A stretch of 64,000 bases of DNA, taken from assembly GCA_037137755.1 (NCBI GenBank), contig JBAXJR010000001.1:1-64000 (forward strand), given 5' to 3'. A program made the position numbers and the translations under genes. Under the pieces are notes generated by a model, which saw only the letters and a list, made by a program, of their open reading frames with translations, was not told where the DNA came from and searched no databases. Positions 1-10,060 of the stretch are shown piece by piece. Position 1 is the first letter of the stretch. Each line of letters starts with the position of its first letter. Source of the stretch: Methanomicrobiales archaeon. Lineage in GTDB: Archaea; Halobacteriota; Methanomicrobia; Methanomicrobiales; Methanospirillaceae.

Positions 1-116
1 CGGTTGCTGATATTACGAAGGCAAGGGAAGGGTTCGGGTTTGAACCGACCTACACACTTGAAAAGGGGCTTGCCAGCATGTTTTGCGATCATGGAACTCT
101 ACAAGGTAATGAATAA
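1..116 (+). CDS. 3' end of an NAD-dependent epimerase/dehydratase (partial)
   Basis: Frame 3 reads VADITKAREGFGFEPTYTLEKGL...GNE*, the typical C-terminus of extended SDR sugar epimerases; TAA at 114-116. Confidence 0.75.
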   Translation, partial: VADITKAREGFGFEPTYTLEKGLASMFCDHGTLQGNE

Positions 117-227
117 TCAACCAGGGTGAATTTTTGGCTGTATCACTCGGAGAATGCCTTCTTTTATCTACCATTCCATGTTTTCGGGATAATTAGTTTT
201 GAAAAATCTACATCCTTTTAAACTATT

Positions 228-487
228 GGCTCTGTAGAAATCCTAAGAATAATAATTAAGGTTTACTGAACTGCCAGACAGGAGGGGGTTTCACCCCCTC
301 CCTGCCCCACCCCCATTAAGATATTCTTGGGGCAGGGTTTAGCAAAATCCGATTAACTAAGTGTTTTTGGGGACTGTCACTATCCCAACCGGGGTCGCCA
401 CAGCGGCGGGGCGTAGCCCCGGGAGCGTTGGAAAATTAAGGAATAGTCCGAAACGGTAAGGATATATTAGAGCATTTCTAAAGAGCC
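228..487. mobile_element. MITE-like non-autonomous element (260 bp)
   Basis: 14-bp terminal inverted repeats GGCTCTGTAGAAAT / ATTTCTAAAGAGCC (1 mismatch); flanked by AAACTATT (220-227) and AAACTATC (488-495); no ORF; internal GC hairpins. Confidence 0.7.
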
Positions 488-735
488 AAACTATCAGATG
501 ATTTTGATATTCTAACTGAGTTCTGTCTATTAGACATCAAAACCTTTATTTTAGCGTAAGGATCTTTTTGTAAAAACGAAACTCAGATCCACTACATTAT
601 CCATGATTCTTCATAGGTATTAGGTAAAAAACGAACGAATCGAATCCATAAGATTCGGCACTATTTCCAGTGTAATTACTAAAGCATTCGTCAATGAACC
701 TTGATTCTTCAAATTGGCTGATATTCGTTATTGAA

Positions 736-798
736 CCGCCGCCGGGGCGTCCTTCGGAGGCGGCGGAACTCTCTTAATCGGGGTTTGGGGCAGAACCC
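736..798. repeat. GC-rich double hairpin in AT-rich intergenic DNA
   Basis: CCGCCGCC(736-743)/GGCGGCGG(759-766) enclosing C-TTCG-G, followed by GGGTT...AACCC. Confidence 0.45.
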
Positions 799-950
799 AT
801 TCAATTCATTTTTTTTACAATCTCAATCGTTAGACACTCATACTAGCGAACAACCGAATTACCCCACCCAGATCTGGCAGGACCAGATAAACAGTCTATC
901 TCGATATGAGGCACAGCTAATAAGAGAATATTGCCCAGGCCCCTCTGAAT

Positions 951-1472
951 TCAAAGCAAATTGGGTTTTTCCCGTACCATCACCCATAAATGAAGGTCCC
1001 GGTAACTGGCATTGATCCGGTCCATCCCGGTAATATTTTCGGAAGGGATTGATTCATTGAATAATAAAAATTCCACCTGGTTGTACCCTGTTGTCGGTGC
1101 GTTAAGATTGAATGGGCGGGTTTCCGTTTCATTATGGGGGAGTGTAAATTTAAAGCGGTCAAGGCGGTCCATGCGGGATATGGTCGACATATTCGAAACA
1201 TCGCTATTATTCACCTGCACCAGCCAGGTCTCGACCGTATAGGTAACATTACGGTATTCGTGGTTTCCAATCCCGATGAACATTGGATATCCGGTACCGA
1301 CTACTAGCCTTTCCGGATAGTCGGCAGCCATCCCCTTATTTCCAAGGATGAAAAAATCCGTGAAACTCTCCCGTTCCTTTTGTGCCGCAATGACATACAT
1401 GGTTGTTCCGATTGCAACAATAATTGCAACCAGGAGGATTATCGAGAGCAGGTTGTCAACGCGGTCCTTCAT
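951..1472 (-). CDS. DUF1616-like membrane-anchored protein
   Basis: N-terminal TM helix, ESFTDFFILG..GMAADYP, GIGNHE, FLLF...YRDLHLWV motifs. Confidence 0.8.
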   Translation of the reverse strand: MKDRVDNLLSIILLVAIIVAIGTTMYVIAAQKERESFTDFFILGNKGMAADYPERLVVGTGYPMFIGIGNHEYRNVTYTVETWLVQVNNSDVSNMSTISRMDRLDRFKFTLPHNETETRPFNLNAPTTGYNQVEFLLFNESIPSENITGMDRINASYRDLHLWVMVREKPNLL

Positions 1473-1664
1473 TAATGAATATAATTTTTTTATAAGGCCT
1501 TAAAGGTAAGGTCAGGACATGCGCGCAGAATTTGCTAACGTCTCATAATCAGCCAGTTATCCGCGGCATAAGAAATTTCTTTGTCCATATCGATAGTTTG
1601 AAATTGAGGAATGTAAAAAAAACACCAGATGTCTTGCCACTACAGTGTGTAACTGGTATTCCCT

Positions 1665-1830
1665 CAGGCTCCCGGGGATCTGCCCCAACGCTTTGACAAC
1701 CCCGGTTGGGGTGGGAATGTTCTTTATATTTCTGAAATTTTTCAGGATCTCGACTGTTGAACCCTGCCCGAAAGTGTATCGTATAGAGATGGCGGTAACA
1801 TCATCTCCCGGTCTTACGTAGTTCCTCCTC
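1665..1830 (-). repeat. Degenerate copy of the 228-487 element core (ends approximate)
   Basis: Reverse complement contains CCCAACCGGGGTTGTCAAAGCGTTGGGGCAGATCCCCGGGAGC and GGGCAGGGTT, aligning by eye with about 329-427. Confidence 0.65.
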
Positions 1831-2003
1831 CTTTTTACACGGTTTCAAAAACCGATATTCAGGATAATTCTCATCGGGTGAAGATACCGTTTTGAAATAT
1901 AAATCGTGATTCCCCTATTAACAGACCTTAACTGATTTCATACCAATTAGGCTTTGGTAATGATCTGGTCGAACAGAAACCATGATATTCGTTGAAATGA
2001 GAC

Positions 2004-2276
2004 ATGCTTCAGATGAATAAGAAGGTCCTTTACTCACTCATCGGACTGACAGTATGGGTCTTTCTTATTATCCTTTTCATGGTACTGTCGTATCAGATAA
2101 ATCTCGAAATATTTTTTGTTTTATGGCTTATTGGCCTTCTGATCGTAACCGAACTGATCAGCGGTTCAACGGTTCAACCATCAACAATCAAGTATCTGAA
2201 ATATTTCATTGCTATACAGGTCGTTATTTTTGGTATAATGGTGGCTGGGAAAGTTCTGGAGATCCTTAACAAATGA
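2004..2276 (+). CDS. Small membrane protein (3 predicted TM), first gene of the MoxR module
   Basis: Hydrophobic 90 aa ORF; ATGA overlap with the next gene. Confidence 0.7.
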   Translation: MLQMNKKVLYSLIGLTVWVFLIILFMVLSYQINLEIFFVLWLIGLLIVTELISGSTVQPSTIKYLKYFIAIQVVIFGIMVAGKVLEILNK

Positions 2277-4111
2277 CAAAAAAAGTATTTCTCGCAGGGG
2301 TCATTCTACTCTCCGTATTATTTTTCATCGTACTTATACCGAATCTCCAGAACCCACTGCTCTACCAGAAGACACCCCGTGAATATTCGACAAAATTTCA
2401 TGAAGATCCCGGGTTATACCAGAAAACCGACCTGAATTCATCGGGATCTAGCCTGGTGCTCATGCAGGAAATGCTCGATATCAGCGGACCGGTTACCCTG
2501 AATATACGAATTGATGATCCCGAAGCAGCCCGGAAAGATCTCAGGGAATATAAAAGTATCCTTGGTCGGATGAACAACCTTATAATCAAGGTTGAAATGA
2601 ATCAGACTGATATTGCACGGTATGTTGATGCACACAAGGACAATGAACAGATCCTGTCTGATCTCCTGAATGAAACAGGAAACCTCGACCAACTCAGGCA
2701 GCTCGAGGTCCAGTTCACCGACCAGAATGATCCGGGATCGTTCACATCGGTTGTTTATAAAGAGACTGCGATTAAAAAGAAGGTCCGGGAATTGTATGAA
2801 CGATACAACCATAACACAGAGATCGTGAACAACACATCGTCAAAATACTCGCTTGATACAACCAGTTACCAGGAATCTGTGAAAACATTTGAAACAATTG
2901 TGAATGAGCAGGAAACAGAACAGGAACTCGTTGATCAACAGGTCCTCGATTTGAAACCATCGTTCAAAAATTCACTCACCATCGTTATGAGCCCATTGGA
3001 AGGATATTATGGGGATTCTTTTACCATTTCGGGCAACCTCCAAGGAACTGATAACAATGCTGAACCGGTGCAGGAATTTGTTGATGGTGTACTGGTTAAC
3101 AGAACGGCAACCAGTCAGAACGGCAGATATGAATTCCACTACACTATAGACCGGGTTCAGTCGGGCACTCATACCGTGTATACTTTGTTCGCAGGTGTAC
3201 CTTCGGTCCCCGGGTCATCTACTATTTCTGATCCGGTGACGTTTGAAGTACTCCCCGTTAGTTCAGCAATTACCCTGGATGCCGTCGTGAACGGTTCCAC
3301 CAGTAAGGTAATCTGCACCGGGAGCATACTGACAAGTCAGAATGTGCCCATGAGTTTTGTCCCTGTCACATTGACCTGGGACGCAGGACATCAAACTGAG
3401 GTACTCACGAATGAACAAGGGTCCTACAAGACAAACCTGACAATGACTGAGGGGAATCACACAATCCAGGCGTCTTTTAGGGGGGAGGGATATCCGGTAT
3501 ACCCCTCGTTGTCATCTGTTGTGACAATTAACGTGACAAGAAATCCTGGGAAGGAAGATTCGCCGGTGTCAGGTATCTCACTTCTGGTGAGGGTTGGAAT
3601 AATGGCACTGGCTATCGGAGGCGCGGTTTTTTACATCCGGCGAAAACGAATAGTTCCGTTACCCCGGAAAAACAAAGAGGGACCACTCGAAAGAGGCGCC
3701 ATTGATACTGAGTATGAAAAAGCTCCTGGTCCGGGATCTGATAAGTATTATTTCAATGATGACGACATGGAAAGTCCCCAGGAAGACAGAATCGGTGAAA
3801 AAGGCGTTTCCATCTTCAGACGATTCTCGGCATGGGTTAGTACCTTCGGGTTCAGGGTCGCTGCATATCGTATGTTCCGGCACTTATTGTTGAGGATGGG
3901 AAAGAATGTCGCTCGTTCCCGGACACTTACAGCCCGGGAAATCGCCATAAGGAGTAAAGAAAAGCCTTACTACCCCGTGCTCTCGAAATTTATCACGGTA
4001 TATGAAAGGATCCGCTATGGGCCGGAACCCTATTCAGAAGATGAAAAAGCCCAGTTTAAGAATGATGCAACGTCATTGAACGAAGCGCTGGGTGATGAAA
4101 AAGGTGACTGA
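2273..4111 (+). CDS. Membrane-anchored protein: helical region, Ig-like repeats, TM and C-terminal DUF4129-like domain
   Basis: Signal/TM, beta-rich FTISGNL/GTHTVY/GNHTIQASF repeats, TM then RRKR, C-terminal TLTAREIA...YERIRYG. Confidence 0.7.
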   Translation: MTKKVFLAGVILLSVLFFIVLIPNLQNPLLYQKTPREYSTKFHEDPGLYQKTDLNSSGSSLVLMQEMLDISGPVTLNIRIDDPEAARKDLREYKSILGRMNNLIIKVEMNQTDIARYVDAHKDNEQILSDLLNETGNLDQLRQLEVQFTDQNDPGSFTSVVYKETAIKKKVRELYERYNHNTEIVNNTSSKYSLDTTSYQESVKTFETIVNEQETEQELVDQQVLDLKPSFKNSLTIVMSPLEGYYGDSFTISGNLQGTDNNAEPVQEFVDGVLVNRTATSQNGRYEFHYTIDRVQSGTHTVYTLFAGVPSVPGSSTISDPVTFEVLPVSSAITLDAVVNGSTSKVICTGSILTSQNVPMSFVPVTLTWDAGHQTEVLTNEQGSYKTNLTMTEGNHTIQASFRGEGYPVYPSLSSVVTINVTRNPGKEDSPVSGISLLVRVGIMALAIGGAVFYIRRKRIVPLPRKNKEGPLERGAIDTEYEKAPGPGSDKYYFNDDDMESPQEDRIGEKGVSIFRRFSAWVSTFGFRVAAYRMFRHLLLRMGKNVARSRTLTAREIAIRSKEKPYYPVLSKFITVYERIRYGPEPYSEDEKAQFKNDATSLNEALGDEKGD

Positions 4112-4284
4112 AAAACGGCGGGAACACTGGCTCCCGGATACATTCGTTGCAGCAAAACATTATAGGACGTTAATGAAACTAAGGGTCGTCACTACGTATT
4201 ACTCAGGCAACCAGGATGTAAAGGAGACCCGTGAGTGTACCATCCGACCGCAGGAAATGTCGAGGACTGCAGTAAATCCGAAAG

Positions 4285-5175
4285 GTGGTACCGTCATTGC
4301 TTAAACCGGTCAGCATGATTACAGCAGGAATCCTGGTCCTCGTTGCGATGGTCTTCCTGGTGCACCTTTCAACAGATTATAACGATTATAGCAGGTACAA
4401 TCCAGGATGGAACGGGACCTCGGAATTTTTTAAAGAAATTGAGGGGTCAGATACCGTTATGCTGATGGATCCACAGGAACTACTCAACCAATATAACGAT
4501 TCCACACTCCTTATTATCGCACCCACAGGGCCGTATTCACTTACTGAAGCATCAATCTACAAGGACTATCTTTCGCGGGGAAACACCATCCTCCTGTTCG
4601 ATGATTTCGGGAACGGCAATGAGTTGCTCGACCTGATGGGGGTCGATATCAGGATCAGAACCCACCCCCTTGTCAGTGCAGACAGTGCATTCAACAGCCC
4701 CGCGTTCGTCATGGCATTCCCGGGAAACACATCCCCGTTAACCAGGAATATTTCATCACTTGTACTCGATCTTCCTTCCTCCCTTAAAGGCGGGGAACCA
4801 ATTCTTCGAACATCCCTGTTCAGCTGGGAGGATACAAATGGGAATCACAGGGCAGATTCCAATGAAACATTGGGTGTATTCGTTGTCGGATCGAGGCAGC
4901 CGGTAGGAAAGGGCCAGGTAATAGTCATTTCAGATCCAGGCATTTTCATCAACGCGATGTCGGGTGATAACAACCCTGGGAGGGCTGCATTCATAAAAAA
5001 CATTCTCGCTCCTGATACAACAATTATTATCGACCAGACCCATTCATTGACCGCTAATACCACCATCCCAAGCCGGATTATTCATATCATACAAACGACT
5101 ATATTTATTCATATCGGACTACTCGCATTGATTTTTATACTATTCGCATTCGGGTTTAGAAAGCAGATCTGGTGA
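4285..5175 (+). CDS. DUF4350-like membrane-anchored protein
   Basis: YSRYNPGWNGTSEF, LLIIAP, DDFGNGN, GKGQVIVISDPGIFINAM; N- and C-terminal TM. Confidence 0.75.
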   Translation: MVPSLLKPVSMITAGILVLVAMVFLVHLSTDYNDYSRYNPGWNGTSEFFKEIEGSDTVMLMDPQELLNQYNDSTLLIIAPTGPYSLTEASIYKDYLSRGNTILLFDDFGNGNELLDLMGVDIRIRTHPLVSADSAFNSPAFVMAFPGNTSPLTRNISSLVLDLPSSLKGGEPILRTSLFSWEDTNGNHRADSNETLGVFVVGSRQPVGKGQVIVISDPGIFINAMSGDNNPGRAAFIKNILAPDTTIIIDQTHSLTANTTIPSRIIHIIQTTIFIHIGLLALIFILFAFGFRKQIW

Positions 5176-6293
5176 TTAAAATGAGAGAAAATATTGATAA
5201 ATTCCGGGATGTGGGCGGGTATGAGAGTGGCAGAATGAACCGTGAACCCGTATCTCATGTTCCGTTGCATCAGCATCAGGATACCAGGAGATACGACGGT
5301 ACAAGAAACTCCGCGACGGACTCGTCATCCATATCCCCTGAAGATGTCCGGGATATTGCACGATTTTATAATCTTATCCAGGAAGCACTCGGCCGGTTGA
5401 TTGTGGGAAATGAGCAACTGATCGAACATATCCTGACGGCACTGCTATCAGAAGGCCATATCCTGATAGAAGGCCCTCCCGGGACTGCAAAAACCACCAT
5501 TGCAAAAGCCATGGCAATCATGACGAGTTGCGAATTCTCAAGAGTGCAGTCGGCCATCGATATTCAGCCATCAGATATTATCGGAGTCAGGATTTTCAAC
5601 TTAGAATCAAAAGTATTCGAATTTAAAAAAGGACCGATTTTTACCCATATTCTCATGATAGATGAGATCAACCGGCTGAGCCCCAAAGCCCAGAGTGCAT
5701 TTATCGAGGCGATGGGTGAACAGCAGGTGACCGTTGACGGCATAACAATGGAACTTCCGCCTTTTTTCTTCGTTGTGGCAACACAGAATCCCCATGAATT
5801 TGAAGGGACTTTTCCCCTGCTCGAGGTCCAGAGAGACAGGTTCATGTTCTGTCACAAGTCAGAATATATGGATGCAGAAAATGAATTGAAAATTATTAAC
5901 CGGGCGGACAGTGGTTCCCTTGAATGGAGGCATTTCGTGGAAGTCCAGGCACCGATTCTAACGATTAATGACATCTTCCGTTACCGCGCAGTAATCGACC
6001 GGGTCTTCGTTTGTGACCAGGTTAAAACGTATATCAGGGATATTGTCCTCGCAACGCGAAAGCACGGCGATGTTCAGCTTGGCTCATCGAGCAGGGCATC
6101 TCTTGCGCTTGTCAAGGGAGGAAAAGCCGCGGCGGCACTTCAGGGGAGGACCTATGTAATCCCTGACGATATCAAGCAGCTCGCTGCGGTTACACTTGGT
6201 CACCGCATTATTCTCACGCGAGAGGCAATAATTGGAAATGTCACAACATCACAGGTAATCAGGGAGATTCTCGAAAATATCGAGGTGCCGTAG
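5172..6293 (+). CDS. moxR: MoxR-family AAA+ ATPase
   Basis: GHILIEGPPGTAKT Walker A, IDEINR Walker B, ATQNPHEFEGTFPL, DRF, S-R-A sensor. Confidence 0.95.
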   Translation: MIKMRENIDKFRDVGGYESGRMNREPVSHVPLHQHQDTRRYDGTRNSATDSSSISPEDVRDIARFYNLIQEALGRLIVGNEQLIEHILTALLSEGHILIEGPPGTAKTTIAKAMAIMTSCEFSRVQSAIDIQPSDIIGVRIFNLESKVFEFKKGPIFTHILMIDEINRLSPKAQSAFIEAMGEQQVTVDGITMELPPFFFVVATQNPHEFEGTFPLLEVQRDRFMFCHKSEYMDAENELKIINRADSGSLEWRHFVEVQAPILTINDIFRYRAVIDRVFVCDQVKTYIRDIVLATRKHGDVQLGSSSRASLALVKGGKAAAALQGRTYVIPDDIKQLAAVTLGHRIILTREAIIGNVTTSQVIREILENIEVP

Positions 6294-6296
6294 GTA

Positions 6297-7616
6297 ATGG
6301 AGCTGACACACCTGAGCAGGGGGATTCTTATCTCCGTTGCAATCCTTATGGTGTATTCCTTTTTTTTTGATTCGGCTATTGCACTAATTATTGCAGGCTC
6401 ACTTCTTTTTACGGTATTGTGGCGGCTGTATTTTTTCAATAAAACCATGCATGAGATAATATCAGGAATTCGATGCCGCCGGAGCGCCTCGACCACGATT
6501 TTGAGACAAGGGATCCCTGTCGACATGAATCTTAAGATATCGTATGCACTTCCTGAATATTTTCACCTCGTATTCACGGAACAACTGCCGGTGGGGATTG
6601 AACTGGTGGCCGGAAACCTTGATCTCCAAGGAACCGTAAGCCGGGACCACACCATCCGGATATCATATTCGGTTATTCCGTTGATATCAGGCTCCCATGT
6701 GTTCCCGGGATTATCGACGAGCATATCAGATCCGTTCTTTTCTGATCAGATCTTCCTTGGATCACAGGATTTTTCTGGTCCCACACTAGCGGTTTACCCA
6801 ATAGGGAATTTTGAAAATACCTTGAGATTGCGGGAATTAGGCGAGCAGGACCTGGAACAGATCAGGGTTGTGTCGGGGTCAGGATTACGTGGGTACCGGG
6901 AATTTATACCCGGTGATGATGTAAGAAATATAGACTGGAAACTGACAGCGAAGCATGATAAACCAATAGTACGGGAATATATGGGGGCCGTCGGGATTAC
7001 ACCCTTGATAATTGCCGATCTTCCTGAGTTTTATGAAGATAGCGTCCCACCTGATTTTTCAAAAATGATCCAGGCAGTCGCGAGTGCGGCAGATCGATCG
7101 TTCCAGACATACCGTAACGTTTCGCTTCTACTAATTTCCGGTCCTAACCTGGTAAAAGCACAGGACCGCATCAGTGATCTCAAAAGTGCGTTGCAGATCC
7201 TTCATAGCCATGCAAATCCAGTGCGAAGACTTCATTCAATGTACCGTTATCGGACAACAGGAACGATGCGTATTGTATTAACCAAAATTTCCTACGATAT
7301 GCAAACGGCTGGCGAAATGGAGGAGGGCAGGATTTTTCTTTCCAGGATTGCCCGGATTATATCCTCTTATTCCAAAGCACCTCCGTCTCATGTATTCCAG
7401 GGAGAGATTTCACGTTCGCTTGCTGCAGATCAGTACGAAGATGCCTATATTTTCTCCCTGTTTTCAGGTGATGCAAGTCATATCAGCATCCTCATTGAAC
7501 AACTCCACCAGAGACATATTTCGGCTCATCTTATGGTGCCCGGGAATAACGCAAATGCACCCGGTGTCAGGAACAGTCTGCAGTCTGGAGCTGATACGGT
7601 AACGGTGTTTTCATGA
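6297..7616 (+). CDS. DUF58 domain protein
   Basis: REFIPGDDVRNIDWKLTAK...VREY signature directly downstream of moxR. Confidence 0.9.
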   Translation: MELTHLSRGILISVAILMVYSFFFDSAIALIIAGSLLFTVLWRLYFFNKTMHEIISGIRCRRSASTTILRQGIPVDMNLKISYALPEYFHLVFTEQLPVGIELVAGNLDLQGTVSRDHTIRISYSVIPLISGSHVFPGLSTSISDPFFSDQIFLGSQDFSGPTLAVYPIGNFENTLRLRELGEQDLEQIRVVSGSGLRGYREFIPGDDVRNIDWKLTAKHDKPIVREYMGAVGITPLIIADLPEFYEDSVPPDFSKMIQAVASAADRSFQTYRNVSLLLISGPNLVKAQDRISDLKSALQILHSHANPVRRLHSMYRYRTTGTMRIVLTKISYDMQTAGEMEEGRIFLSRIARIISSYSKAPPSHVFQGEISRSLAADQYEDAYIFSLFSGDASHISILIEQLHQRHISAHLMVPGNNANAPGVRNSLQSGADTVTVFS

Positions 7617-8077
7617 ACAGGGACTGGTTTAGGACAGGAATTATCGTGCTCATGGTAGTATTGGCGATCCCCGTATTTTTATCCGGGTTGCAGTTTATCG
7701 TTTTCTTCGCCACCCTTCTGTTTCTTATTGGGACATTCACTTCATGGCGTAGCATTAACAGGAGTTTTTATTCCTTCATTTTTGCCATCCCGCTTGTTGT
7801 TTCAGTTGGGGAACAAAACCTCATGTACGGGGTCGTTGTGTTATCGATAGCTCTTGGATTGCTCATTGAAGATGATATTTCAGGAATGTGTAAGATAAAA
7901 ATTGGGTCCTTCGTTTTCATTCCAATCATAATTCTTCTGATGGCTGTACTAGTACCGACACATGAATCGGTCATGTATCTTTTTCTCGCCACCGTATTGA
8001 TTTCTGCAGGTGGATTTGGGATTCTTATCGTTCAGAACCGACAATGGAAAGAGCATTATTCAAAGGAATCTCTATGA
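7613..8077 (+). CDS. Integral membrane hypothetical protein
   Basis: Multiple hydrophobic helices; ATGA-coupled on both sides. Confidence 0.7.
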   Translation: MNRDWFRTGIIVLMVVLAIPVFLSGLQFIVFFATLLFLIGTFTSWRSINRSFYSFIFAIPLVVSVGEQNLMYGVVVLSIALGLLIEDDISGMCKIKIGSFVFIPIIILLMAVLVPTHESVMYLFLATVLISAGGFGILIVQNRQWKEHYSKESL

Positions 8078-8880
8078 AACGATATTTTTACGATGGTTAC
8101 CGTATAAACGGGTCGCTACTCCTCGTTGGGGCGATAGTGCTGATCATGTTGTCCACCATCCTGAACCGCGGAGATCTCTCCTCTGCAGTGCTGGTAGTAT
8201 CTGGGGTAGGATGTTTTGTAATCGGGATATTCATGTTTACCCTTAGCGGTGGCGAGCGCTTCGACCAGGGATTGGTAAATCTTCTGCCTGTTCAGTCATG
8301 CATTACGATCTGCAGGATATCAGGGGATCTCGGGCTGAAAGGAATTGCCCATTTCATCCAGTCGAATGACAACGGGGGGGAGGTCTTCCAGTTCAATCCG
8401 GTGGGGGCATTCGAAAAAATCCCAATGACGGAGGATTATTGTTTTTCAATCGCTTCACCGAGAGGTATGATCCTCACTCCTTCTGGCTATCCTCTTATCA
8501 AGGCACTTCGGAAGGAATATGACTGGACCCCTTCAGAGGATACCAGGACTCTCGTCCGTGGGATAGAGGAAGTATGCGTGGACATATATCAGGTCGCAGC
8601 ATCAACCGAGGTCCTGCTCAATGAAGACGTAATCACCGTTGTCCTGTATGATTTTCGGTTGCTTCGGTGCTGCAGGGAAATCCGCGCCTCAGCTTCACCA
8701 GCCTGTTGCCAGATAAATCCCTGCCCAATATGTTCACTTATTGCATGCATGGTAACTGAAAGTCTAAAGAAAACCTGTTCATTTGAACTGATAGAACCTG
8801 ATAACCGTAATCTGACCCTTGGTATCAGGGTCCTGCTTACCCCCGTGAATGATAGAACAGTTCCTTCAACAAAGGTATGA
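8074..8880 (+). CDS. 2-TM protein with Cys-rich C-terminal domain (V4R-like fold inferred)
   Basis: ATG 8074 overlaps the upstream stop; CCREIR..PACCQINPCPICSLIAC. Confidence 0.65.
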   Translation: MKRYFYDGYRINGSLLLVGAIVLIMLSTILNRGDLSSAVLVVSGVGCFVIGIFMFTLSGGERFDQGLVNLLPVQSCITICRISGDLGLKGIAHFIQSNDNGGEVFQFNPVGAFEKIPMTEDYCFSIASPRGMILTPSGYPLIKALRKEYDWTPSEDTRTLVRGIEEVCVDIYQVAASTEVLLNEDVITVVLYDFRLLRCCREIRASASPACCQINPCPICSLIACMVTESLKKTCSFELIEPDNRNLTLGIRVLLTPVNDRTVPSTKV

Positions 8881-9073
8881 AATCGTATGCCGGTTGAATT
8901 GAAAACGAAGTCGAATCAAAATACATAATCCTCAAAAAACCCGAATAATACTGGATATGAATACGCAGGGAGCCGGAATGATTTAAAATTTTAAAAATTA
9001 ATTGTAAATAAAGAAAAATTGCAATTAGATAAATTATTTATGAGTGCTGTGCTATAGTGTAATTGGGGTTCAA

Positions 9074-9955
9074 ATGAAAATCATGTCACTCACAGCAGCT
9101 GGGCTGCTATCGATTTTCTGTATATTGCTTATCTCTACGGTTGGTGCGGTAACGATAGTAATAACGCCAACGCAAATTGCACCGGGGGGTACCATTGATG
9201 CGGATGTTCATGGACTTGAGGATGGGGCATATGTGACCATGACAATGAAGTCGGTAATAAATACGCCAGGGACCGATTTCTCGTATGAAATTGATCACCT
9301 CGCATTTCCCATTAACCTTGACGAGGCTAACTTTACGGTAAAAAATGAAAATGTCAATGAGAATCTTCTCTTGATCGATAACTCCCCTAAAAACCTCCCT
9401 ATTGATAATCTGGTGGTCACTAGAAAGGGAGAAGCGGTAAATGGGATCTGGAATGCAACCATCGACGAGGTAGGGCTTGATGATATCAATGGCACATACA
9501 ACTTAATCATGATGTCAGGAACAACCAGTCCCGGAGCTCAACAGGTCATAAGCACTATGCATTGGGAGGGGATCAAAGAAGCAATAGAGGATTGGTATGA
9601 TACTCGACAGCCCCTAAACGGGGGACCAAACGATTTTCAACTGCATTTCACCATTAAGGGTATACAGAGTGGTACCTCTAACGTGATAATCCAGGTGAAT
9701 GGGACAACTGTTGCATCAGAAACTATCAATATCGGGTATCCCTCCAATGCAAATACTAAAAAGGCAACTTTGAGTAAACAATTCAGTGTCCAGCGTACGG
9801 GTGGATATGGTGGATCAGAAACCATCAAAAGTGTGAACCCCTACACGGTAAACACTGGATCCGTAATATTCAATAATCGGTTCAATACACAAGGAACTGG
9901 AGGGTCTGGCATTGCCAGGTTACCTGCGAGCCTTTTCAGGTTCAGAGGAATTTAA
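9074..9955 (+). CDS. Secreted beta-rich hypothetical (surface) protein
   Basis: Signal peptide ending VGA, several NxT/S sequons; ATG 9074 in frame with the tracked ORF. Confidence 0.7.
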   Translation: MKIMSLTAAGLLSIFCILLISTVGAVTIVITPTQIAPGGTIDADVHGLEDGAYVTMTMKSVINTPGTDFSYEIDHLAFPINLDEANFTVKNENVNENLLLIDNSPKNLPIDNLVVTRKGEAVNGIWNATIDEVGLDDINGTYNLIMMSGTTSPGAQQVISTMHWEGIKEAIEDWYDTRQPLNGGPNDFQLHFTIKGIQSGTSNVIIQVNGTTVASETINIGYPSNANTKKATLSKQFSVQRTGGYGGSETIKSVNPYTVNTGSVIFNNRFNTQGTGGSGIARLPASLFRFRGI

Positions 9956-10060
9956 AATTTTTCGAATAAAACCACCATTTCTGAGAGACAGATAACCGAC
10001 CTTTCATACTAATCACTATAATCTTCCACCATACATTTCCGTTCAATGGTGTGACTTCCA

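Noticed and set aside
731-1015. 94-aa plus-strand ORF
   Set aside because: TTG start inside the GC hairpin, overlaps the DUF1616 gene on the opposite strand, no motif
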